A stretch of 64,000 nt of DNA, taken from Anolis carolinensis. Taxonomy: Eukaryota. The stretch spans positions 82,013,190 to 82,077,189 of the forward strand of contig NC_085846.1 of NCBI RefSeq assembly GCF_035594765.1, in the 5' to 3' direction. The notes beneath the pieces were generated by a model, which saw only the letters and a list, made by a program, of their open reading frames with translations, had not been told where the DNA came from and did no database searches. How positions within the stretch are numbered: position 1 is the stretch's first letter; the number at the start of each line of letters is the position of its first letter. Made by a program: the position numbers and the translations under genes. This document shows positions 12,173 to 23,262 of this stretch, one piece after another.

Positions 12173-14746
12173 TGGACCCTCCAAGGCGCGCCTGGATGAG
12201 CACCAGGACCATGTCCCGCCCTAGCCCAACACTTCCCCGGGCAGGCTTGAAAGCTGCTAGCACCTCCGTGGATTTGAACCTCGCCATCACATTCCCAGCC
12301 TCTCCATTGCCTGATCGTGGTAGATTATTATTATTATTTGGTCGGGATAAAGCCATAAAAAACAGTGCTCGCTATGGGATTTTTTCAGACACCGAGATGT
12401 CCACTGGTCTTTCAGAAAAGTGAGCCAAGCTTATATGGTGGCATAAGTCCACCGCCTTCTCTCTGTGTTATGTCTCACATCTACATAATCCCTTGGAAAA
12501 GGAAAGCAGGACCAGGATCCCTCCAGCTATTTCCCAAGACAGATAAATATCAAAACCTTTGTGTGTATGTATGCAGACAGATGATTCTCTTTGTCACCAA
12601 GATGAGCTCAGGATGTTTGTTCATTCAATTTGAGGCTGAGAGTATGCCACTCCCACGAAAGAAGGAGCTCAGCAAACATTAATTCTTGTCACTGTATCAC
12701 AACAGACTGCATCTTTTCGATGTGGCCATAGTCAATGCCTAATACGATCCTTCTGGTTTTGGTTTTTGCTTCTCTTCGCCTCCTCTTTTGTGCAAAAAAA
12801 TACCCAGACGCTGTGCAAAGCAAACAAACAAACAGTCTGGTTGTCACTTGGGGTCAAGACTGTGTGTCATTTGTCTCTGTGTTCGTCTGTCTCTCACCTC
12901 TCTAAAATTTAGTATCACAGTTTTCAGAGTTTCCGTAGGGGAGGGGGAGCAGTGGAGGAGCAAGATCTCTATTTTCCCCACCCTGTTTGAAAGCTAGGAA
13001 AGGTTTTGTCTTCATTACTGGACAAATCACTACAAAATCTGGCTGTAAGGAATGACTTAATGGTAGATTTTGCTTTGGATACCTCGGGTGTTTCTAGGTA
13101 TCCTTGACAAGCACATTATTAGCAAAAAAAGAGAACAAAAAAAATCCCTCCTACTTTTGGAGGAAAAATAATAGTTATGTTGCTCAATTCATCCAAAGGA
13201 TAAAAGCCTATCCTTCTATGTATATTACTCCTCGGAATGGTTTCCTGATTGTATGAAAAGAGAGGTGATGTCGTATTTCTTTGATACTGTGAAGTGACAT
13301 GCATTGCAAAGGTCAAGCGTGTAGTGCAAAAGGAAGAAATAATAATAATAGTAATAGTAATAATAAGAATAATCTATGAATACAGATGTGTATAAATTTC
13401 TATAAATATTAATATTATTAATAATATTATTATTAAAATGCCAACACGGATGGAAACCAAGTATTCTTGTCATTATCCAGAATGTTAGTTCTCGTCCTTA
13501 CTTTCCAAAATTGAAATGGTCAAAGCTGCTGTGCGTGGGGCTAAAAGGAAAACAGAACACAGGCGCTGTTTATGTTTTCTTGGAAGAATAAAAAAAATGG
13601 AATGAATTTTCACCACCATCTTGGAGGAAAAAAACCCCAAAACCTCGTTTTGTGACTTGTTTATTTCTCAGGGTCCCACTTTTAGATCTCCAAGAACTTT
13701 TACAACAGGCGCATAGTTTGCCGGAGCCCCCTGCAATTACTTGAGGAATCTATTTAAATATTACCTAGACGGTCGTAATGTGTCTGGGTCCTATTGCAAT
13801 GGTGCTCTAAGGTTTGTCGGCTTTTGTTCCGTTTTATGACTTGCTAGTATATCTGGATTGTTGCTGCCTTAGACGAGGGGGTTCCGCTCAGTGAGGAAAC
13901 TCCCTGGGCAGAGCAAGCCTGGAGCTATTTGTTTTGAATGTAACAGATGATCTGCCTGTGTCGGCTGAGTTTTTAACAAAATATGACTTATTCTAACCTG
14001 CTACTTGAATTCAGAAGATCAGTATACAATATCCTGGTTGAAGTGCTGAGCTATTTCCCCTCTTCCAAGACAAAGGGAGACCCCGATGGCTCAAAAGCAA
14101 TCTGAAAAGGTGAGCAGACTTGAATCTGAAGCTCATTTTTCCTGGTCCAGTTTTGCCTCCCTCTCCGCCATGTTTGTTTATTTCTCTTCTATTTGGTGGC
14201 AAGCAAAAATGTGTGTATCAAAGGGGGGGGGGGATCCAGACAAAGGCATGTGGGTTAGGGAGGAGATGGGGGGTAGGAAACAGTCTGGAGGGCCCAAATG
14301 GCCACTCCTGTTTTCTTTTCATCTTCTTTCTCCCCCTCAGACCAGAAATAGACTTTGAACCCCAGCTCCTTGATAGTCTTTCTGTTATTTTTCCAAGAAC
14401 ACTTTGCCCTTCGAAACCTAAAGGCCTATTTGCCTCCCTCTTTCTGTCCTTTTCTTTCCCCCCTTCCTTTCTGATCTGTTTAGAAGCTTCTGCTTTTGAA
14501 AAGGCGTATTTAGAAACAAAGGAATGGAGAGAGATGGCGACTTGTGGTGGGCGAGGAGGAGGAGGAGGGAGAACGAGGAGAATTATGATCACGGTGTTGT
14601 GGTTTTTTTATTTTTAATTCTCTCCTTTTGGGTTGAGTTTTTCCCTCTCTCCTTTCCTTTCCACCCCCCTTCTCCTCCCCTCTTAGCGGGACCCCTTTGG
14701 CTTATGGAAAGCGACTATGGGGAGTCGTTTTAATGAGGAGTCTAAG

Positions 14747-14835
14747 AACTGGTCGGTGATTTAGGTAGTTTCATGTTGTTGGGGCTATGGCTCTCTCTTT
14801 CTCGACAGCACGAAACTGCCTTCATTACTTCAGTT
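14747..14835 (+). ncRNA. MIR196B: miR-196 precursor at the HoxA locus (miR-196b position); mature 5p at 14762-14783
   Basis: TAGGTAGTTTCATGTTGTTGGG with the complementary arm CGACAGCACGAAACTGCCTT, flanked by ACTGGTCGGTGATT and CATTACTTCAGTT. It lies between Hox10 and Hox9. Confidence 0.96.
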
Positions 14836-15199
14836 TCTAATCATCACCCGGGTCTAAATCAGGACCATATCCCCGCCTGGCAACACCGAAGAAATGGGGG
14901 GGGGGGGGTTGTGAAAAAAGAAGGGAACCCCACTATTGCTCCTCTGGAGGGGCGTCAAGTTCCAAAGCCATTGTTTTGACTTCTGTAGGCACTGGGTTTG
15001 AAACTCCATCCTTTCTAGGCTGTCTTTGTTAGAGTCGCCAGCCACATTTCATACTTTCCAGTTTTAAATAAGAGACGAAATGCGGAGTTTTCAAGAAAGG
15101 AATGGAAGAGACATCTAGATTTAGACAGTTGCATTTTTAAACAGATTTCCTTCAAGGTCAGGGGCGTTTTTAGTAGCAGGGGAATGATCTCCCTTCCTT

Positions 15200-15987
15200 G
15201 TGTTGTCGAAAGCTATCATGGCCGGAATCACTGAGTTGCTGTGAGTTTTCTAGTCTGTATGTCCATGTTCCAAAAACATTCTTTCCTGATGCTTCGCCTG
15301 CATCTATGGCAGGCATCCTCAGAGGTTGGGAGGTCTGTTGGAAAGGAAACAATTGGGTTTATATATTTGTGGAAAGTCCGGGTTGGGAGAAAGAATTCTT
15401 TTTTTTTTTTTGAGGCAGGTGTGGATGTTGCATTTGGCCACCTTGATTAGGATTTAAAAGCCTTTTAACTTCAAGGTCTGGCTGCCTACTGCATGGGAAT
15501 CCTTTGTTGGGAAGTGTTATCTTGCCCTGATTGATTCATGTCTGGAATTCCTCTGTCTTCTAAGTGTTGTTCTTTATTTACTGTCCTGATTTGAGAGTTT
15601 TTAAATACTGGTAGCCAGATTTTGTTCACTTTCATGGTTTTTATTTATTTCCAATATTTCTATTCCGCCCTTCTCACCCGAAGGGATTCAGGGTTTCCTC
15701 CTTTCTGTTGAAATTGTCCATAAGCTTGTGGATTTCAATGGCTTCTCTGTGTAGTCTGACATGTTAGAGTGGTCCAGTATTTCTGCGTCCTCAAATAATA
15801 TGCTTCAAACAACCAGGAAATCTTTCTCCCACCCTGAAGATTCCACAGATATATATAAAACCCCTCTTGCCTAGTTTCCAACAGACCTCACAACCTCTGA
15901 GGATGCCTGCCATAGATGCAGGGGAAACGTCAGGAAAGAATGCTTCTGGAACATGGCCATACAGTCCTGAAAACTCACAGCAACCCA
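15200..15987. mobile_element. Penelope-like element (minus body) with an inverted terminal repeat (plus)
   Basis: Body 15200-~15805, inverted repeat ~15806-15987. TSD GATCTCCCTTCCTT at 15186-15199 and 15988-16001. A short LINE-tail fragment is nested at ~15640-15692. Confidence 0.9.
15894..15934 (+). ncRNA. Near-intact hammerhead motif with the G10.1-C11.1 pair broken
   Basis: CCT-CTGAGGA-T-GCCTGC-catagat-GCAGGG-GAAA-CGTC-AGG; the basal pair of stem II is a G.G mismatch. Confidence 0.6.
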
Positions 15988-17017
15988 GATCTCCCTTCCT
16001 TCTTGCAGGGTCCTTTTTTCTTGCAAGGGCTCCTACTGCTTGTCTGGATTGTCATAGCAAGGGAATGCCTCTACCTTTGTGTTGCCCTGCCATTTTCCTT
16101 CCTCCCTCCGCTGGGAAGAAAGCAAAGGAATCTGGGAGCTACCTCCAGCTCGAATTGCAAGCCGCTGCTTCGTTCTCATTATATTTTATTGGGCTATATT
16201 GTGTCTGAGAAGGAGGAAGGGGGGAGGGGGTAAAGCCAGCCAAACACACCCACCCGCCTCTGTCGCCTGGTTTCCAATGGTGGCAAGGCAGCCTTTTTCC
16301 CTGGCTGCATTGCTTCCCTCCTCCACCTCTCCAAGGCACACATATCCTTCAAGGCAGCTCCCAGGCCTCTATAGGAAGGGATTGAGAGTCCGAATGCGAG
16401 AGGGGGCCCTTGCAAGAAAGGAAGGGGAAAGAAGGCGGGAAAACAAGGCCAGGATTTCCCCGCCGCTCGCCCACAAGGCCTCGGTTACGATCATTATTGT
16501 CCTCGGCAGCAGCAAAGGCAGGAACCGCAGCTGCGAGGCGGAGACGCAGAGAGAAGCGAAGGCGCTGCAGAGCCTTGTTTACGCCCGAGACGCGCGTTGT
16601 TTACCGTTCGTGCAAATGAACAAGACCTCTCCGGGGATCCAGGGCGGGGGGGGGGGGATGTGGGGATATCCGCCGTGGGGACTGGTTTCGGCCTTTTCTG
16701 GGAAGAGGGGAAAGGAGGGAGAGCTAGATTCGCACGCCTGTTCGCTAGTGTTTGGAAACTTGTAAGATTGTAAATGGTAACCAGTGGGTTGTGTATATGC
16801 AGATGTATACTTAGAACCAAACCTGGGACACTCAGAAACGTGGAGTTTTTCGGTTTGAATGTGTATGCCTATAGCTGGATTTACACTTCCAGACAATACA
16901 GTTTGAGTTTGAGACCCACATCAGGCAGTCTGAAGTGCACTAAACTACATTATATATGCGTCTTCACTGCCCATAATAATGCATTTCTAATATAAACACC
17001 CCAGCCAGTGTTTCTAA

Positions 17018-17404
17018 AGCCCCTTCCACACAGCTGAATAAAATATCACATTATCTGCTTTGGACTGGAATATGATAGTGCGGACTCAGATATCCCAGTT
17101 CAAAGCAAACATTGAGGGATTTTCTGTCTTGATATTCTGGATTATATGACTGTATGGAAGGGCCCTTAGATAATCCAGTTGAAAGCAGATATTGTGGAAT
17201 TTTCTGACTTGATATTCTGGATTATATGACTGTATGGAAGGGCCCTTAGATAATCCAGTTGAAAGCAGATATTGTGGGATTTTCTGACTTGATATTCTGG
17301 ATTATATGACTGTGTGGAAGGGCCCTTAGATAACCCAGTTCAAAGCAGATATATGGGATTTTCTGCCTTGATCTTCTGGGTTATATGGCTGTGTGGAAGG
17401 GCCC
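17018..17404. mobile_element. PIF/Harbinger-type MITE whose 80-bp end is repeated four times
   Basis: Terminal inverted repeats GCCCCTTCCACACAGC and GCTGTGTGGAAGGGCCC. GGCCCTTAGA recurs at 17161, 17241 and 17321. Confidence 0.75.
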
Positions 17405-17405
17405 T

Positions 17406-17535
17406 GTGTGATTGTTGTGGAGTGATCTGAGTGTCCGACCTACAACTCTAGAAGCCAGGATTTGAATCCCTGCTGGCCATTGACTTTGGGCAAGTCACCC
17501 AGCTTCAGAGGAAGACAAAGGAAAATCCCTCTGGA
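17406..17535 (+). mobile_element. Degenerate tRNA-derived SINE
   Basis: B-box-like GGATTTGAATCCC followed by GACTTTGGGCAAGTCAC. Related copies lie at ~30495-30655 and ~31140-31280. Confidence 0.6.
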
Positions 17536-18123
17536 AGGGCCCTAAACCTGTTGGTATGAACCCACGCGTCAAAAGCTCGGTTTTAAGTGTAAAAGTGTAA
17601 AGATTTTCTAAAATACATACATTCATATGTTCGTCAATCCAACTCAAGTTTAGTTAATACAGACTCCTAATATTGGGTGGTTGTTCCATCATGGATCTGA
17701 AACAATTATTTATTTCTTTGTTTTGAAAAACACCCTTGAAGTCCTTCATAATTTGCAAAGTATGACCTCTGAGCATTATTTCTCCAGCTTTTCAGTAGCT
17801 ATGCTAAAGAAAGATAACACTAAACGCCTGTATCTATGTGTGTTAAGGAAGGAATTCGACATTTCATAGGAATTGGCTTACTTATTAGGCTGAATTCGGG
17901 GGGGGGGGGGGGGGGATATAGCTCGAAAATAATTACTGTAATTTAAAGGTGAATGAAATTTTCCAGTAATATGTCCAGCATAGAATTCAAAGAAAATAGT
18001 GAACGCTAAGAAATTTAAAACTCTCAAGTGTTAAAGTATAAAACTGTAAGGTTGCCAATCTTGCATACTTACCAAGAAGGAAGGCCATGGAAGTTGGTGG
18101 GTCATACACACACACATATACAG

Positions 18124-18155
<32 letters not shown>

Positions 18156-21100
18156 TATACATACAGACACACATATAAGACCCACAAACTTCAGTTGGCT
18201 TTCCTTCTTGGTAAGTATGTGTGTATATAAATATACTATTGAGTAAGTGTGTGGATATGAATATATAGTATTTAGTGTGTGTATACACACACACACTAAT
18301 ATATAAATATACACAGACACTAATATATAGAGATATATATACACACTCAAATATATATATCCACACACTTGCTCAATAGTATATTTATACACACATACAG
18401 ACATGAGAGCTGTGAAGGACTATTAGATGATGTTGAAATTGATATAATATTGTAGAAACCGGAAGGAAATAAGGCTGTTTAAAAGTCTCAGAGTGAGTTG
18501 TTGTAGCTTCTGCAACCGGAAATACGTTTACTTATTACTTGGAAGTCCCAAATATTTGTATTTATGGGTAAGAGGCTATGTGGTAGCCGCTGCCTTAAGA
18601 CAAGACCAGAAATGCATTTACTTAAGGAAAAAAAATTATTTCAGTGAGAATGAAGCTCAGCTATAGACCACGCATTTCTTCCGCTTTCATGCTGTGTCTG
18701 TCCTTATATGAAAATTAATCAAGTTGGAAATATACAAGTCTCCTTGGAAATAACATTTCTGCACAGAATAAAGAAACGCGCAGATTATTTATTATCTTTT
18801 TCTATAATTCCAAACCAACTTTTCTCCCCTCTAGATACTTGAATAGTCTTTGTTCAGGAGCCAGCAACGTTAGGAATACAGAGAGATTATTGTTTTGCTC
18901 CAATGTAGTAAATCGAGCCTGATTCTCCCTAATCAGAAATGAAAAGCTGCTGCCATTTCCGAAGCCAAAAATGCAAAAAAAAAAGAAAACATGGGAGGAA
19001 TCCTGCTGTTAAGATTATTTCTTTCCTTCAAGGAGGAAGGAAGTTCTGTGAACATATTTCACAACAGCTGACTCTCGATTTTAAACAAAAAAAATGACGC
19101 AAGGCTTCCCTCTTTCCAGGAAAGACAAAAAGTAATAACACGATACATGTGTTTTTTGTCTTTTTGTTACTGCTATCTCTATGCAGACATAAATAGTTCC
19201 AATTATCTCACGAAAGTAACCATAGTAGCTACCAAATCCTTATGGGAAACGTTATTTTGCGTGTGTAGGTGGGGTAGATTATTATTAACTCCTGCGCCCT
19301 TTTATTTCTGCTCAGATAAGCGAAATGTTAAGGACTTCTTGTAATCGCCAATATTCTGGTGTTTTTAAGGAAGAAGTGTCTATTCTGTTTTTCTCTTTCG
19401 AGATTGGCCTCTTGGAGCACAAGGAGAAAAGACATTAATTGAGACTAATGAAAAACATGCGCTTTCCACACACGAATCCAATTAACACACGATTCTCCTA
19501 CTATTTGACAGCCTCTAGCTGTTTTAGACACACTGGGTAAAAACAAAACGAAACACTAGAACCCTTTCCTTCTTCTCCCCACTCTTAAGCTCGGTTTTTG
19601 AGTCCCAAAAGCCACAGCTAAAGAAGAAAAGAGAAAACAATAATTAAAAAAAGACAGAAATAAAGCCACAGGAATCCGTGGGAGAAGACAAAGCCTTCAA
19701 ATGTCACAGCCACTGAGTATTTCCCCCATTACTTTAATTCACAACACTGGCCTTGATCGGATAGGGCCATATCATTTTATTGTTGTTGTTGTTGTTCTTA
19801 TTCTGGGGGTGGAGAGACTATAATAACCCTCCGCCTCGTCCCCATATTGCTCCCAGAAGCCCCATAGAAAGTGCCAGGGAAACAATAAGTATTCAGACCT
19901 TCTTGGAGAAGGCGATGCCAGAAAAAGGGGGGAGAAATGCCAAGGGGGGAGCAAGGAGGGCTCTCCAATCCAGACATGGTTCAGGAAGGTTCTCCAGGAG
20001 AAGAGGGGTGGAGGAAGCATTACTAAACCCCCACAATCCAACCCATACATGTATACGCTTCCCCAGCTCTAGCATGGCACTAGTTCTTCCTCTCCAGACA
20101 GAAGGGGTGGCTATGCTTCAAGGAAAGAGGCAGGAAGGCTCACATACCAAGAAGCCCCTCTGCAGTCAACTTGATCGAGGCGGGTGGGTGGGTCTCATGG
20201 TTTGTCCTCCAAACAAACATCCATGTTCTGTCCCTTCTCTCTAGCTGCTCTGTTTCCCCCTTTCCAGTTTCGATTGTTCATTTCTTTCTCCACGTGGATG
20301 AAGAAGCCTCCTTCCTCCAAATATATATATACACTAATAGCATTTGGAAGTACTACACACACATGTAACTAGCTCCCAAAGCTGCGTGTTTGTGCCAGAA
20401 TGTCAACGGATCAGCGAGCAACCCGCTGCTGGAGTTTCCCGGAAGGAGGGGGAAAGAAACACAGCGTTGGAGTGGATCTGGAAGTGTGGGTTCGTGGGAA
20501 GGGCTCCCCGATGTGTCTCCGGCGACCCTTGGCTCTTAAGGTGCCCCATAAAGAGCCCCAAACCCCCCCTCTTTGGGCTCTTTCCCCCCTGCCTTCCTCT
20601 CCCCTCGTCTGTTCCGGCGCGTGAAAGGAAAAGAGGCAGATCCGAGGGAGACAGGCTTCTCTTGGATTTGACTTTTCGCCTGCCAGCCTCCCGATCGCTC
20701 TGAACTCAGCGGCACAGTATTATTTACAGTGCAGCTTCCCAAAGTACAACACAATAGTATAATTTAACCTTTCCAGGCACTCGTAAATTTTTACTGCCGC
20801 GAAACACAGCGATGCAAATGAATATGCTCGTCGTTACTGACTTAATAACAACCCGGTGGCTCCCGAGACAATAACTCCTTATGAAATAGAATAAATATAG
20901 ATTTAAATACAGCACGCCGCCCAATGTTATTTTGCTTTTTTCTTTTCTTTTTTATGGCTTCAATTATTGTATAATTTTATGTGAAGGTCTCCCATCAGTA
21001 AAAAAAAATAAAAAAAATAAAATAAAGGAAGCCTGTCTTAGTTTTTCCCCCCTCTCCTTTCTTGGATTCTCTCCCTTTCCCATTTTTATACAGAACTCCA

Positions 21101-21215
21101 GCCTTTGATGGGATGATTAATTATGATATAAAATAGTCTCTTCTATCAAAGGAGGGTAATACCGGGTTGCTGTGAGTTTTCCGGGCTGTGTGGCCATGTT
21201 CCAGAAGCATTCTCT

Positions 21216-21256
21216 CCTGACGTTTCGCCCAAATCTATGGCAGGCATCATCAGAGG
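21216..21256 (-). ncRNA. Minimal type-I hammerhead ribozyme in a Penelope terminal repeat (core intact)
   Basis: Minus strand reads CCT-CTGATGA-T-GCCTGC-catagat-TTGGGC-GAAA-CGTC-AGG: CUGANGA box, stem II, GAAA, palindromic ACGU stem III, GUC cleavage triplet and stem I CCU/AGG. Confidence 0.8.
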
Positions 21257-21727
21257 TTGCTGATGACTGTTGGAGACTAGGCATATCTGTGGAAGGTCCA
21301 GGGTGGGAGAAAGAACTTTTGTCTGTTGGAGGCAAGTGTGAATGTTTCAATCAATCACCTTGATTAACATTGAAAAGCCTTGCAGTTTCAAAGCATGGGT
21401 GCTTCCTGCCTGGGGAATCCTTTGTTGGGAGGTGTTAGCTGGCCCCGATTGTTTCATGTCTGGAACTTCTCTATTTTCGGAGTGTTTTTCTTTATTTATT
21501 GTCCTGATTTTAGAGTTTTTTAAATACTGGTAGCCAGATTTTGTTCATTTTCATAGTTTCCTCCTTTCTGTTGAAATTGTCCACATTGTGGATTTCAGTG
21601 GCTTCTCTGTCTAGTCTGACATGGTGGTTGTTAGAGTGGTCCAGCATTTCTGTTTACTCAAATAATACGTTGTGTCCAGGCTGGTTTATCAAGTGCTCTG
21701 CTATGGCTGACTTCTCTGGTTGAGTTA

Positions 21728-21864
21728 GGACCCTTCCACACAGCCATATAACCCAGAAAATCCCAAAATATCTGCTTTGAACTGGGATATCTGAGTCCAC
21801 ACTGCCATATATTCCTGTTCAAAGCAGATAATATGAGATTTTATTCAGTTGTGTGGAAGGGGTC
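21728..21864. mobile_element. Harbinger-type MITE nested in the Penelope copy
   Basis: TIRs GGACCCTTCCACAC and GTGTGGAAGGGGTC, with a TTA target duplication at 21725-21727 and 21865-21867. Confidence 0.82.
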
Positions 21865-22199
21865 TTAATCTGCAGTGCCTTTCCTGCTCCTTGATTCGTG
21901 TTTGGGCGCTGTCTTAGTCCCCCCCTCTTCTTTTTTGGATTCTCACCCTTCCCCCCCTTTTTTTTTTGCATAGGACGCCAATCTTTGATGGGATGATTAA
22001 TTATGATACAAAATAGTCCCCTCTTTCAAAGGAGGGTACTCATACCCATCCTCCCCTTTCCCCCTCCCTATAAAAAAAGGAGAAAAACCCTAATGTTTTA
22101 ATCTTATTTGCTGGCCACAAAAACCAAAAGTTTGCTTGTCCTGTCCGACTCGCCCCTTTTACATTAAAAAAACCCTATAAAAATGATGACTCGAAAACA

Positions 22200-22380
22200 C
22201 TGACCCATTAATAGCCTGCGGACTGATTTATACTTTATTGTTCTGCCGCCCGGCCACGTGAGGCGCGGCAGCCAATGAGAAGCCCGGTCCGCCTTCAACT
22301 TATTAGGTGACTGTACTTCTTCGCCAGGACCAAGTTGTGACATGAAATCTGCCGTTTCATAATTTCGCCGGGTCTTTGCC
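22200..22380 (+). promoter_or_regulatory. HOXA9 proximal promoter and 5' leader element
   Basis: TGATTTAT (22224), TTTATTG (22234), E-box CACGTG (22255), CCAAT (22272) and TTATTAGGTGACTGTACTT. Confidence 0.7.
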
Positions 22381-22460
22381 TCTCTCTCCTCCTTCCTTCC
22401 TTCCTTTCTTTCTTTCTCCCCCTTCTCTTCTTTTTCCTCCCTTCCCCTTCCGCCCCGGCG

Positions 22461-23070
22461 ATGACTTCCTCGGGGACGCTGAGTAACTACTACGTGGACT
22501 CCTTCCTGCTCCACGAAGGCGGCGAGGAGCTGGGCCCCTCCGCGGCGCGCTACGGCTCGCTGCCTTTGGGCCAAGTGGGCTCCCGGGTCGCGGCCCCCGA
22601 GCACGCCGACTTCGCCGCCTGCAGCTTCCAGGCCAAGGCCTCCTCCTCGGTCTTCTCGGCCTCCTGGAGCGCCCCGCCGCCGCCGCCTCCGCCGCCGCCT
22701 CCGGGCTCCGGCCACGTCTACCACCCCTACGTGCACCACCCGCCCCCGCTGCCCGCCGCCCCCGACGGCAGCAGGTACCTGCGCTCCTGGCTGGAGCCTC
22801 TGCCCGGCGGCTCCTTGGCCTTCCCCGCCTTGCCGCCGCCCGGCCGGCCTTACGGCATCAAGCCCGAGCCGCTCCCGGCCCGGCGGGGGGACTGTCGCAC
22901 TGCCTTCGAGCCGCACAGCAACGCCCTCCCCCTGACTGACTATGCCTGTGGTTCCCCCCCAGCTGAACGGGAGAAGCCCCCCGGAGACGGGCCGCCCTAC
23001 GCCGAAAGCCACGCCGAGAGCGAGGCCGGAGCCGGAGCAGCAGCAGGGGACAAGAACCACATCGATCCCA
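22461..23070 (+). CDS. HOXA9: HOXA9 exon 1 (joined CDS 22461-23070 + 25757-25995, 282 aa)
   Basis: MTSSGTLSNYYVDSFL, DGSRYLRSWLEP, RPYGIKPEPL and LTDYACGSPP motifs. Donor CCC A|gtaagt. Confidence 0.97.
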
Positions 23071-23262
23071 GTAAGTGGGACCCACTGGCGAAGGGAGAGG
23101 GCGGCAGGGAAGAGCCTCCTTGGACTGGCAGGCGGGGAGGGAGGGAGAGAGAAAGAGTGGGGCTTCAAGGTAGTTTTAAGTGCATTTTCATATCCTTTGC
23201 CCTTGTTTTTGTATGTTTATATATTCATATCAATGCATTTGCTCTGTTTTTAGTTGTGTCAC

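Larger units (their letters stand above)
21161..21909 (-). mobile_element. Penelope-like element with a nested MITE, upstream of HOXA9
   Basis: Terminal repeat plus endonuclease 3' region. The PLE sequence resumes after the MITE and is colinear with the copy at 7254-8070. Confidence 0.9.

Noticed and set aside
15867-16233. Recurrent short ORFs containing QPLRMPAIDAGETSGENASGTWPY or MLLEHGHTARKTHSNP
   Set aside because: These are translations of the Penelope terminal repeat, not a gene family.
16079-16765. 228-aa plus-strand ORF
   Set aside because: Non-ATG start, no recognisable motif, and it overlaps a GC-rich regulatory island.
22164-23168. 334-aa minus-strand ORF, and similar antisense ORFs over HOXA10, A7, A6 and A5 exons
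   Set aside because: These are shadows of GC-rich coding exons, with low-complexity translations and no domain signature.
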